The notes beneath the pieces were generated by a model. The model did no database searches. It was not told the origin of the DNA and saw only the letters and a program-made list of their open reading frames with translations. A stretch of DNA of 45,838 nt. It comes from a phage. Where the stretch lies: NCBI GenBank assembly GCA_014143165.1, contig GCA_014143165.1_4843.1. The stretch is one strand, 5' to 3'. A program made the position numbers and the translations under genes. Shown in pieces: positions 1-11,634 of this stretch (the first letter of the stretch is position 1; each line of letters starts with the position of its first letter).

Positions 1-763
1 GCGCATAGATGACATTGTCATATACAAACGTTTTATCCTGCGTCCAGGCGTTGTACCACGGTGTATCTGTAATTTTAAATAACTCTCCCTGGATAAAATC
101 TTCAGAAGCATAAAAAAGAGGCTGACCAGGAATACGTTCATATACAAAACGAGTATTGACGAATCTACTAATGTCAGGCAGGGATGTGACCTTATATGTC
201 TTCCCATTGCCATTAATTTTCTGACCAACTGGTGCGGCGTTTAATACGCCATTAAGCGCTGAGGTGTCATCGGTGACCCCATCACCTTTTGCATTCCACC
301 CGCGCGGGTCGAATGTGTCTCTCCATCTTGCGATCTGCAAACCTGGATATTTTGTTGCGCCATCAGGGTCAGAAAGCTGGCTTCTTAATGAAGCATCACC
401 AACACTCACCCAAGCCCCCAGACCAACACCACCAGATGTTTCAGGTGTTGAACCGGCTGGAACGTTTTTTGGAAACTCCCCATCCCAACGATAATATTCT
501 CCGTTCGCTTCATAACGCAGTGTCTGATTTGGCAATGTCAGTGTCGCGCCATCTTCAAAGCTATCCATTGTGATGTAGCCGTAGTTACGGATAGCCTCTT
601 CTGCTGTGTACTGAAAGCCAGCAATTGTCCAGCGGCGTACTCCGAAGCGATCGGTGTAGCAATGTGCGTCAGATGTCACCACCTCGTCGATTTTCCCGGC
701 ATTAAATTTCAGGTCGCGCGTGTCTTCTGACGGAATTGGTTTATTGGTTGGTGTGGTAGCCAT
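1..763 (-). CDS. Tailspike / receptor-binding protein, N-terminal part (partial, continues past window start)
   Basis: Hand translation from ATG at 763 (AAGGAG at 775-780): MATTPTNKPIPSEDTRDLKFNAGKIDEVVTSDAHCYTDRFG...NGEYYRWDGEFPKNVPAGSTPETSGGVG. This is the conserved particle-anchoring N-terminus seen in many enterobacterial phage tailspikes. It is followed by GWNAKGDGVTDDTSALNGVL, a typical opening of a pectate-lyase-like beta-helix. Open to position 1, and absent from the ORF track because no stop lies in the window. Confidence 0.75.
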   Translation of the reverse strand, partial: MATTPTNKPIPSEDTRDLKFNAGKIDEVVTSDAHCYTDRFGVRRWTIAGFQYTAEEAIRNYGYITMDSFEDGATLTLPNQTLRYEANGEYYRWDGEFPKNVPAGSTPETSGGVGLGAWVSVGDASLRSQLSDPDGATKYPGLQIARWRDTFDPRGWNAKGDGVTDDTSALNGVLNAAPVGQKINGNGKTYKVTSLPDISRFVNTRFVYERIPGQPLFYASEDFIQGELFKITDTPWYNAWTQDKTFVYDNVIYA

Positions 764-802
764 TATAATAAATGCTCCTTTGTGAATTTGATGTATATTG
801 TA

Positions 803-4603
<3,801 letters not shown>

Positions 4604-4604
<1 letters not shown>

Positions 4605-6979
4605 TATTCGGTTGCTCTCCTGTTGGCGTTGTAGTTCCTACCGATGCTTTGCCCTATAGGTCCGTTGTTCTCAATATCACTCACAATCGTCTCAATTGTC
4701 ACGCTGCCGTCACCATTATCTCTGGCGCTGCTGCTAACCTGCGCTGAGCTGTTGTTGATGACGTTATTATAAACCACAACGCCACTGCTACCTCCGGTAA
4801 GGTCTTTATTGCTGATTACTGAACCATCGTTGCCTGGAATCATATACTGGCGACCGTTGGATGCCTGGAATATTTCTGGTGCGTTTCCCTCGCCCACTTC
4901 GTACATACTTCCGGCGCTAACAGGGCCACCATTTTTTCGCTTGCCAGCAATACCCATTGCCAGTGCGCCGAGAACGGCACCTACACCAATTGCAGCCGCG
5001 CCACCGAATGAGCCGATTGATGCCACGATTGCCGCTGGAGTCCATGCCGCCGTGGTGGTTGCTGCTGCCGCCGTTGATGCTGCTGTTGTGGTTGCCAGCC
5101 CTGCTGTTTGCGCTGCTGTGGTGGTAGCTGTTGCCGCAACCTGCGCAGTCTGCCCCATAACGGCGGATTTAACCCACTGAACTCCCATTTCAACAAAGCT
5201 GTTTACCAGAGAATTCAGCACCGTAGAGCCGAGGCTGCGCATTGCATCCTGAACGCTCATTGTGCCTGTGAGCAATCCAGTGATGCTGTTTGATGCTGTG
5301 CTCATCGCTGAATCAAGCGCCGTGCCGAACAATTGCGCCCCGAGGCTTTGCTGCTGCCATTCAGCCCACATCGCATCCATTCTCTGCTGGCGATACTGCG
5401 CTTCAATTGCTGCGCGAGTCTGCTCAATCTCCGTTATTTTCTGCGGATATGCTGCGGCGTAGGCGTCAAGGTCAGCCATGCGTTGCTGGTATTCGCTATC
5501 AATGCCAGTCGTTGGAGACGCAATGGCACGCAATCCCTGATATGATTTTTCTACGCGCTGCTTTTCCTTCTCCGCCGCCGCCTGTTCCTTCAGTGCGCTT
5601 TTCTGGTCCCAAATCTTCGCAGCGTACTCGCCAGCCAGTTTTATTTGCTCCTGAGTGGCAGCTTTGCCAAGCGATTGTTGCGCGTTGAGGATGGCTTGCT
5701 CGCGGGATAGTTCGCTGGTAGATGTTGCATTTAGCATGGTTTGCTGGCGTAATTTCTCCAGCTTTTCAGCTACTGATTCAGCTTGTCGTTCTTCGGCGCT
5801 TTTGCCCTTTCCTTTTCCTTTTTTGTCTTTTGTTGGTGCTTGTGCAATCTTCAGGTGTTTTGTTGCTTCAGCCTGTTTCTTTGTCTGCTCGTAACCTTCT
5901 GCTGATGCCTTGACGAATCGCTCGACCTGATCGTTATATTGTTTTTGCTTCTCAATATCATCATCACCAAAAAGCGCATCGACTCCCATCTGCGCCCATG
6001 CGCCCGGGTTTAGCTTAGAAATGACAGTGGCGAGAGATAAAATCTTATCGCTTGTGCTGGTTGATTTGTCGCCGAGGAAATCAATGTATTTTGCCAGCTG
6101 GTCGATAATCTCTACTGCTGTTTTTGATGCACCAGTGGCATCGTTAACGGCAACCACAAGTTTGGAGAATGAAACTTCAAGAGAACCAACAGCCTGATCC
6201 ATTGTGCGAGGAAGTTTTTCAAACTCAGCATTGACCACGCTTGTCCTGTCCTGAATGGCATTTAGCGCATCTTCTGCTGTCAGTTTGCCATCGAGCATTC
6301 TGGCGCGAAGTTCACCCATTGAAATACCAAGACCCGCCGCAATCTGGCGAGCAAGCTCAGGCATCTGCTCAAGGATGGAGTTAAATTCTTCGGCGCGGAT
6401 TGTACCAGAAGCAATTGACTGACCGAACTGACGCAGGGCGTTCGCCATTTCTTCTGTTGATGACCCGCCGATTCGACCTATTTTTTGCAGGGTATCGGTA
6501 AGGTTCAGAACCTGCGCATTTGTCGCGCCAGCCTCCTTCAGTGATGACGTTAATGTTTCCCACAACTTCGTAGTGTCACTGAGGCTTGCGCCAGTGGTTG
6601 AGGCGATATTTGCCAGTGAACTGAATGTTTCGTTCGCGGTTTTCGCATCAGTTGATAATCGAGCAATCCTTGCCTGAAGCTGAGTCATGTTATCGGCAAC
6701 CTCAAGGAATCGCTTTCCCCATTCGATAATCAGTGACACGGATATTGCGCCAGCAAGAGCTGTCATCTGCGTTTTTAGCCCTGAAGCTGCGCCGCCAGCA
6801 TTCTTCATCCCACTGCCAGCATTTCTGGCGTTTTTATCCAGCTTGCCAAGCGCGCTTGTGGTTTTGTTGGTTGATGATTCAAGGTCATCTAAAGTCTTAT
6901 TGGCTGTTGTCGCACCAGCTTTCAGGCCTTTAACATCCATCCCGACTTCATAGACAATTCCGCCGACTTCTTCAGCCAT
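4604..6979 (-). CDS. Tail tape measure protein
   Basis: 791-aa ORF, long alpha-helical Ala/Gln/Lys-rich sequence with C-terminal hydrophobic Ala/Thr/Gly segments (ATTTAA repeats). Located between the chaperone and the tip genes. Confidence 0.9.
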
Positions 6980-7695
6980 TATGTATTCCTCGCTTTTTTC
7001 GCTTTGCGTTCAGCCAGTGCCTTCATACGCTCGCGGTCTGCTTTAGCCTGATCGTACTCTGCCGCGCGCTCTTCTTTCGTTAACCCTTTCGGCTCTGGGT
7101 ATTTATTTTTAATCATCATCTGAAACTCTGTCATAGACAGGTTTTCAGCTTCGTCACGTGTCATATCGAAATGCGTGCGTGCTGAGATGATGTATTGCGA
7201 CGCATGAAACTCGTTTGTGGTTTTCTTCCCCCGCTCTTCCAGACGTTCAGGCACTTTGAGTGGCGACTTGCCAATGATGCCGTGCTGCATCAGGTTGCGC
7301 GCAATAATAATAATGTCACTCACTGGCATCATGCCAGGAACGTATCGCACGCCGCGTGGTGTTGGCTTCCATCCACCAATCAGCACTGAAACATCATCTT
7401 CGCAACATGACTGCATGACAATATAGGCCGCGCTCAGCACGTGTCTACCATACACAGGCTTGCTGATAGTTTTCATAACCTGCATCTGAGCACCAAATGG
7501 CAGGTATTCTACGTGCTGCAATGGCGCAACATAATCAATGCCATTGAGTCTGGCGTACACCTCGACGATTTCTTTTGGTGTGCCGATTTCATTCATTGCG
7601 CGGAATGATGGCTTAAAGAAAAAACTTCTGTCAGAAAGCGAGATGCGCATCTCTCCGATTTCTGTTAGTGGCGTGCGATTGCTCATGTTTTGCAT
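6979..7695 (-). CDS. Putative tail assembly chaperone (single ORF; positional)
   Basis: 238-aa ORF directly upstream of the tape measure, with a basic/acidic helical C-terminus. No second overlapping frame typical of G/GT was found. An alternative start at 7686 (MSNRT) has a better AGGA spacing. Confidence 0.5.
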   Translation of the reverse strand: MQNMSNRTPLTEIGEMRISLSDRSFFFKPSFRAMNEIGTPKEIVEVYARLNGIDYVAPLQHVEYLPFGAQMQVMKTISKPVYGRHVLSAAYIVMQSCCEDDVSVLIGGWKPTPRGVRYVPGMMPVSDIIIIARNLMQHGIIGKSPLKVPERLEERGKKTTNEFHASQYIISARTHFDMTRDEAENLSMTEFQMMIKNKYPEPKGLTKEERAAEYDQAKADRERMKALAERKAKKARNT

Positions 7696-7715
7696 CCTGA
7701 ATTTGACTGATGTTG

Positions 7716-7724
7716 ATTATATCA
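7716..7724 (-). promoter_or_regulatory. Extended -10 promoter TGATATAAT (leftward, drives chaperone/TMP/tip genes)
   Basis: The reverse complement of ATTATATCA at 7716-7724 is TGATATAAT. The same 9-mer recurs at 9115-9123 and 19105-19113, each time just upstream of a minus-strand late gene block. Confidence 0.55.
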
Positions 7725-7735
7725 TCTCAGTGGTG

Positions 7736-7764
7736 TTGACACCTGTGAGGTGGTGATGTAGATT
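7736..7764 (+). promoter_or_regulatory. Sigma70-type promoter TTGACA-17-TAGATT (rightward)
   Basis: TTGACA at 7736-7741, 17-nt spacer, TAGATT at 7759-7764. The first plus-strand gene starts at 7788. Confidence 0.65.
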
Positions 7765-7787
7765 CAAGTCATCGAAACGAGGTATGA

Positions 7788-7994
7788 ATGAGGTTAGCTA
7801 TGGACGTTGTTATTTTGTTGTTTTTTGTTGGCTTGGTGATATTTGCGTACCTTCTGCCATCTTTTGTGGCCCTGCAACGCAAGCACGTAAACACGACTGC
7901 AATCTGCGTACTGAATATTCTTGTCGGATGGAGCTTTATTGGATGGGTTGCGGCACTGGTTTGGGCATTGGTTAAAAGTGGCGACAAGAAATGA
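7788..7994 (+). CDS. Small membrane protein, superinfection-immunity (Imm_superinfect-like) family
   Basis: 68 aa with two TM segments. NILVGWSFIGWVAALVWAL matches the GW..GW..AL.WA signature of the small superinfection immunity protein family. Confidence 0.6.
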   Translation: MRLAMDVVILLFFVGLVIFAYLLPSFVALQRKHVNTTAICVLNILVGWSFIGWVAALVWALVKSGDKK

Positions 7995-8134
7995 ACGAGC
8001 AAACAAAAGCAGACCTGATTTTCTACACTGAACTGTATGTTGATGCAGGTTACGACTATGAAGAAGCTGAACGCATGGCGAAAGACTTACTCCGCGTGAT
8101 TGGTGTTATTTTTGATGAGGACAAGGTGATATGA
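7991..8134 (+). CDS. Hypothetical small protein (47 aa)
   Basis: Hand-translated: MNEQTKADLIFYTELYVDAGYDYEEAERMAKDLLRVIGVIFDEDKVI. ATGA overlaps with both neighbours suggest translational coupling. Below the ORF-track cutoff. Confidence 0.4.
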   Translation: MNEQTKADLIFYTELYVDAGYDYEEAERMAKDLLRVIGVIFDEDKVI

Positions 8135-8331
8135 GCCAGTGGATTAAGTGTGGTGAGATGCTTCCTGGCGATGGGTATACGGATAAGGAGTTCCTGGTGT
8201 ATGAAATGTTGAATAACGCAGTTCAGCATGATTATTACATCGTTCCTGATGATGGTAGAAAGCCATTCTGGAATCACTATGGTAAGTACGTGACTCACTG
8301 GATGCCACTACCAGAGCCACCACAAGAATAA
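8131..8331 (+). CDS. DUF551-like protein
   Basis: 66 aa with WIKCGEMLP near the N-terminus and VTHWMPLPEPP at the C-terminus, the hallmark of DUF551 phage proteins. Confidence 0.65.
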   Translation: MSQWIKCGEMLPGDGYTDKEFLVYEMLNNAVQHDYYIVPDDGRKPFWNHYGKYVTHWMPLPEPPQE

Positions 8332-8334
8332 AAC

Positions 8335-8360
8335 AAAGCCCCTTTCGGGGCTTTTTCTTT
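8335..8360. terminator. Bidirectional intrinsic terminator
   Basis: AAAGCCCC-TTTC-GGGGCTTT hairpin (8335-8354) followed by a T-run. Lies between convergent genes ending at 8331 (+) and 8362 (-). Confidence 0.8.
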
Positions 8361-8361
8361 A

Positions 8362-9078
8362 TCAGGATACGGTGCAAGCCGTGCTCAGGATAACTTCAGG
8401 GTCAGTAGATGAATCAGTTACCGTAACGGTATACACGCCAGCAGTTGGGCTTGCCAGTGATGCGCCAGATTCGCCGCCAACAACCGCGCCATCTTTGCGC
8501 CATACATAAGTGTAAGGTGTAACGCCACCCTCAACAGCAACAGTTAACGGGCTGCCAGTGCTGCCAGTTGATTGCAGGTCGGTGGTGAATGCCAGAGGTT
8601 CAAGGCTTTCAATTGACACCGTATCGCCGTCGTAAGGCTTGAACTCAACGGAACCGGTGACAATATCGTTTGTTCCACCTTCCCATGACAACCCGGTGAT
8701 GTTGCAGTACGCGGTGGTGATGGTGCTGCCAGTGACTTGACGAACCCACAGAGACGGTTGCCTGCGCGCACTCATCTCAGTGGTGAACATCTGGATTAGT
8801 TTATGAATACCATACTCGTCTGATTTATCATTTTTTTTAATTTCAAAATCACCGCTGATAGTCATGTCCGCTGTTGTCACCAGAGTGGCGACGAAGCCGC
8901 TATTGGTATCAGCTTCACTTGATGTGGTATTAGGGCTGAAATCAACCCCGTTATTGGTGAGTGAGCCAAAATACTTCCAATCTTCCTGTGACGGTTCTGC
9001 ATCTGAGCACCCGTCAGCAAGGAAGATTCGCATCATTCTTCCCACCAGAATTCCGTTGTTATTTGCACAAATAGCCAT
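8362..9078 (-). CDS. Major tail protein with C-terminal Ig-like domain
   Basis: 238-aa ORF upstream of the chaperone/TMP genes. The C-terminal ~80 aa (LTVAVEGGVTPYTYVWRKDGAVV...GVYTVTVTDS) look like a bacterial Ig-like domain, as is common on siphovirus tail tube proteins. Confidence 0.75.
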   Translation of the reverse strand: MAICANNNGILVGRMMRIFLADGCSDAEPSQEDWKYFGSLTNNGVDFSPNTTSSEADTNSGFVATLVTTADMTISGDFEIKKNDKSDEYGIHKLIQMFTTEMSARRQPSLWVRQVTGSTITTAYCNITGLSWEGGTNDIVTGSVEFKPYDGDTVSIESLEPLAFTTDLQSTGSTGSPLTVAVEGGVTPYTYVWRKDGAVVGGESGASLASPTAGVYTVTVTDSSTDPEVILSTACTVS

Positions 9079-9114
9079 TTCGATCTCCGAATTGTGTTAG
9101 CTGCTAACGTGGTG

Positions 9115-9123
9115 ATTATATCA
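9115..9123 (-). promoter_or_regulatory. Extended -10 promoter TGATATAAT (leftward, drives major tail gene)
   Basis: The reverse complement of 9115-9123 is TGATATAAT, about 37 nt upstream of the ATG at 9078, with GGAGA as SD. Confidence 0.55.
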
Positions 9124-9129
9124 CAGGTG

Positions 9130-9158
9130 TTGACAGTGATTATTTTGTGGTGTAGATT
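9130..9158 (+). promoter_or_regulatory. Sigma70-type promoter TTGACA-17-TAGATT (rightward, drives the non-coding unit)
   Basis: TTGACA at 9130-9135, 17-nt spacer, TAGATT at 9153-9158. The flanks share blocks with the 7713-7770 promoter cassette (GATTATATCA, GGTGTTGACA, TGTAGATT, AAGTC). Confidence 0.65.
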
Positions 9159-9164
9159 AAAGTC

Positions 9165-9640
9165 TACTTAAGATATGAATTGATTTATGCGTGAGTTTTC
9201 AACTTTCTGAAAGGAAGGTGACCAAAATGAATGAAATCTCAATTTGAAGAGGTCAAAATAATTAGCGGTCGAGAGACGCCGGACGCGTAACCGGCACACA
9301 ACAGGTAAGAGCATTGGTGTACCAGAAGCCCGTGGGTTATGGCTAAGGAGTCCCAAGTGAGCGCATAAGTGCTCTTTCCGTTGTGGTGAATGCGCAGGCT
9401 GATGCGCGAAAGACATTGCAGCTATTGCGGAAAAGAGCTGTTCGGCGGGGCAATTAAACGCCCGTGAGAGTCTGAAATAACCGCAAGCCGGAGATCAGCA
9501 CCGGCCACCACAACACTTAATATCCAGCATTATCGCAATCATATGTAGGGGTATGTATGGGTTACGGGGCTGGATATTAAGAAAGCACGCTGGCAATGCT
9601 TAAACCAGTAATAAGGCCGCCAAGTGCGGCTTTATTTATT
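9165..9640 (+). ncRNA. Candidate structured non-coding RNA (~0.47 kb), class unknown
   Basis: Bounded by the promoter at 9130-9158 and the terminator at 9613-9640. No plus-strand ORF exceeds ~25 codons. Multiple hairpins are present: 9278-9282/9291-9295, 9359-9364/9369-9374, 9392-9396/9403-9407, 9419-9423/9436-9440, 9487-9491/9501-9505, a perfect 13-bp stem 9516-9528/9569-9581, and 9583-9587/9597-9601. Confidence 0.45.
9613..9640 (+). terminator. Intrinsic terminator of the non-coding unit
   Basis: GCCGC-CAAGT-GCGGC (9616-9630) followed by TTTATTTATTT. The opposite strand lacks a T-tract, so it should act mainly on rightward transcription. Confidence 0.7.
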
Positions 9641-10010
9641 TAACAACCCGCAAAAGCAACTCATGCACAGGTCTTTTTTCTTCCGTCAGCATTGGCCTAC
9701 CGAGCGGAGCCTGCAACTGGATGTAGTTCACGCACAAATCAATCGGATGCGTCTTGATGTATTCGATAATCTCATTGGCTTTAGCGTCAACATCCGACAC
9801 GTTATACTGTCCATGTTTGCCGACAACGTACAGCGAGAAATAAAAGTCACCACCAAGTCCATCCATCACCTGCGTGCCGCCGTTGGATTGCAGGACAATA
9901 AATTGCTCGTTGCCATTTTCGGTGTCATTCCAGAACTGCAATTGCGAAGTCCAGCCATCATACAATCCAGCATCCTGAAGATATGCATCAACCAGCTCAA
10001 GCATATTCAT
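9636..10010 (-). CDS. Tail completion / tail terminator-like protein (positional)
   Basis: 124-aa ORF, last of the head-tail joining block before the major tail gene, with an ATGA overlap with the upstream gene. Confidence 0.5.
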   Translation of the reverse strand: MNMLELVDAYLQDAGLYDGWTSQLQFWNDTENGNEQFIVLQSNGGTQVMDGLGGDFYFSLYVVGKHGQYNVSDVDAKANEIIEYIKTHPIDLCVNYIQLQAPLGRPMLTEEKRPVHELLLRVVK

Positions 10011-10408
10011 TAGAGTGTCATCTCCTTCTTAATTACGCTATCAACAAGGTCTTTTGTGCGCTGCGCCGCTTTGGTCAGGAATTGTGGTTCACCACCCGGC
10101 GACCAGTATGTGCCATTTCCGTTGCTGCGTGGTTTACCTGCAAGTTTGCCACTGGCGCTATGAACGTACAGCGCATATTTTGCAGAGTAGCCAACTTTGC
10201 CAGTGATTCGCGTTCCGCTAACTTCCACAGTATCAAACTGACTGTTAATCAGCGTCGATGTATCAATTGGCGTTAGCGTGGCTGATTCGGTGCGGATGAT
10301 GTATGTCGCCGATTTCATAGCACGCACAGCTTTCGTGGCAATTATCTCACCCACAATCTGCGATGTTCTGGCGATGGCTTCGTTAATACCTTTGAGTTTT
10401 GCTGGCAT
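10010..10408 (-). CDS. HK97 gp10-like neck / tail-attachment protein
   Basis: Sequence MPAKLKGINEAIARTSQIVGE...GYSAKYALYVH...FLTKA resembles the HK97 gp10 family. Start chosen at 10408 (TAAcATG after the upstream ORF). The track ORF extends to 10471, which would overlap ORF 10410-10607. Confidence 0.55.
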   Translation of the reverse strand: MPAKLKGINEAIARTSQIVGEIIATKAVRAMKSATYIIRTESATLTPIDTSTLINSQFDTVEVSGTRITGKVGYSAKYALYVHSASGKLAGKPRSNGNGTYWSPGGEPQFLTKAAQRTKDLVDSVIKKEMTL

Positions 10409-10409
10409 G

Positions 10410-10607
10410 TTAGCACCACTCCATCCATCCAAAGCATTTTTTGTATGCCCCACCACAGGATAAATCATCACTTTTTCTTGTGGCCTTGGATGCCTTTCTT
10501 TTCCAGTACCTGCCAGATGGTTTTACATACGCACTAAACCAGATTCTTGAGCCTGATTTGTTTCTGCTCTGTTTGTGGTTCTTGAGCTTTAATTTTTCAT
10601 CTTTCAT
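10410..10607 (-). CDS. Hypothetical very basic small protein (65 aa)
   Basis: The ATG at 10607 overlaps the stop of the upstream gene (TAATG), and its stop lies 1 nt before the ATG at 10408. About 25 percent of residues are Lys/Arg. Coding status is uncertain. Confidence 0.35.
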   Translation of the reverse strand: MKDEKLKLKNHKQSRNKSGSRIWFSAYVKPSGRYWKRKASKATRKSDDLSCGGAYKKCFGWMEWC

Positions 10608-10954
10608 TATGTAATCAACGCAAAGTCAGGTGGCTCAGCGCGATTGAACGTATTGCCGTAATTAATCACATTCAGAATCTGGTTTGCGCCAGCCACCAGC
10701 GGGTCAGCTTCTGTCACCGTGCCAATCATGATGTAATCACCTACCTTAGCGCCAGTGTATTCTGTCCAGAAAGTATTCTTCTGCACAATCTCATTGCCTT
10801 TCGCGTCAGTCGATACATCATCGTTAAAGCCATAATCGCACATGATGCTCACTGGCGCATCAAAAGTCGGCTTGCCGTACTTGTCAGTTCCGCTTTTGTG
10901 CCAGATGGTGCATGGTTGCGTATAGCTCCAGTTAGCCAGCGAGGTCATTTGCAC
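10607..10954 (-). CDS. Head-tail joining / head closure protein (positional)
   Basis: 115-aa ORF in the connector block. Its size and beta-rich sequence are typical of head-closure proteins. Confidence 0.55.
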   Translation of the reverse strand: MQMTSLANWSYTQPCTIWHKSGTDKYGKPTFDAPVSIMCDYGFNDDVSTDAKGNEIVQKNTFWTEYTGAKVGDYIMIGTVTEADPLVAGANQILNVINYGNTFNRAEPPDFALIT

Positions 10955-11337
10955 TTACTCCCACGCACAACCGCAAACCACGGTTTACCGCTTCCGTCAG
11001 GGTCTTCCACTAAATCGCCAGTGCATCCGGCTGTATCCAGTAGTTTCATCTGATTGTACAACGCCACCCACGGCTTACTGCCATACGCGAATGATTGTGA
11101 AGCTCCAGATGGTGCGCTCTGACTGGTAACGTAGCGACCGGCGGTATTTGCGCTAATCAGGATGGAAGCCCACAGCATGATCGCATTTTGTCGGCACTCA
11201 TCATTTGGATAGTTCAGTTCAAGGCATTCGCTGATTGACGCCACAAGGCACAGAATGCCAGATGCATCTGTTGTGGTGATAGTCATTCCGCGCGATGCCA
11301 TCTGACTAACCAGTTCTTCAGGTGTTGGTGCTGTCAT
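10945..11337 (-). CDS. Head-tail connector (gp6-like adaptor, positional)
   Basis: The track ORF starts at 11373. The internal ATG at 11337 (MTAPTPEELVSQ...) is the more likely start. It is the first gene of the connector block. Confidence 0.5.
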   Translation of the reverse strand: MTAPTPEELVSQMASRGMTITTTDASGILCLVASISECLELNYPNDECRQNAIMLWASILISANTAGRYVTSQSAPSGASQSFAYGSKPWVALYNQMKLLDTAGCTGDLVEDPDGSGKPWFAVVRGSKCK

Positions 11338-11602
11338 TTCTTTTTGACTCCCGGACTTTCCACCATATCTCAAACAGATTCTTTATTACCAGAGACAGAG
11401 CGCCGAGGATTGACGCCACTGCCGCCAACTCCGTCAGGCTGTGTGGAATCATAGCTTCAAAATAAGACTGCGCGACAGGTGTTTGCTCTGCAACCTTCAG
11501 GCCAATGCCAGTGCCAATAGAAGCATAGCCGGCCTTATCAATCACCTGCCCCGTCGTCCCGCTTATAACTTGCTCTGCGACCTGTCTTAGTGTTTCGTTC
11601 AT
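11318..11602 (-). CDS. Hypothetical membrane-associated protein
   Basis: 94-aa ORF with a C-terminal TM-like segment (LAAVASILGALSLVIKNLF). Confidence 0.5.
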   Translation of the reverse strand: MNETLRQVAEQVISGTTGQVIDKAGYASIGTGIGLKVAEQTPVAQSYFEAMIPHSLTELAAVASILGALSLVIKNLFEIWWKVRESKRNDSTNT

Positions 11603-11634
11603 TGCGAGTATCGCTGATGATATGTTTCCAGTGG

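Noticed and set aside
4809-5913. Cluster of alternative-frame and antisense ORFs (60-132 aa) inside the tape measure gene
   Set aside because: They lie within the Ala/Thr/Gln-rich repetitive part of the TMP gene (for example the ATTTAA peptide repeats). Their products are low-complexity Ala/Pro/Cys/Arg strings without SD sequences. They are a compositional artefact of the real minus-strand frame.
6979-7695. Search for a G/GT-type programmed -1 frameshift upstream of the tape measure gene
   Set aside because: There is only one long ORF and no second overlapping frame. The only A-rich heptamer (GCGAAAAAAGCG, near 6990-7003) lies 7 codons from the stop and is in the wrong register. The GGGGGAAG at about 7231-7238 (minus strand) is not a canonical X XXY YYZ site. 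I have no support for a frameshift.
9168-9416. 82-aa minus-strand ORF inside the non-coding unit
   Set aside because: It has no SD, and its composition (Arg/His/Ser/Leu-rich) is unlike phage proteins. It is not coupled to flanking genes, and it overlaps several strong hairpins. I treat the region as RNA-coding on the plus strand instead.
9399-9506. Hammerhead-like CTGATG...GAAA string (9399-9412) and a B12-box-like string AAGCCGGAGATCAGCACCGGCC (9485-9506)
   Set aside because: The CUGAUG is followed by C rather than A, and there is no room for a stem II, so it is not a hammerhead core. The B12-box resemblance is limited to one element; the other cobalamin-riboswitch core strings (GCCACTG, GGTGAAAATCC-type) are not evident, and no regulated gene follows. 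Neither is enough for a family call without a covariance-model search.
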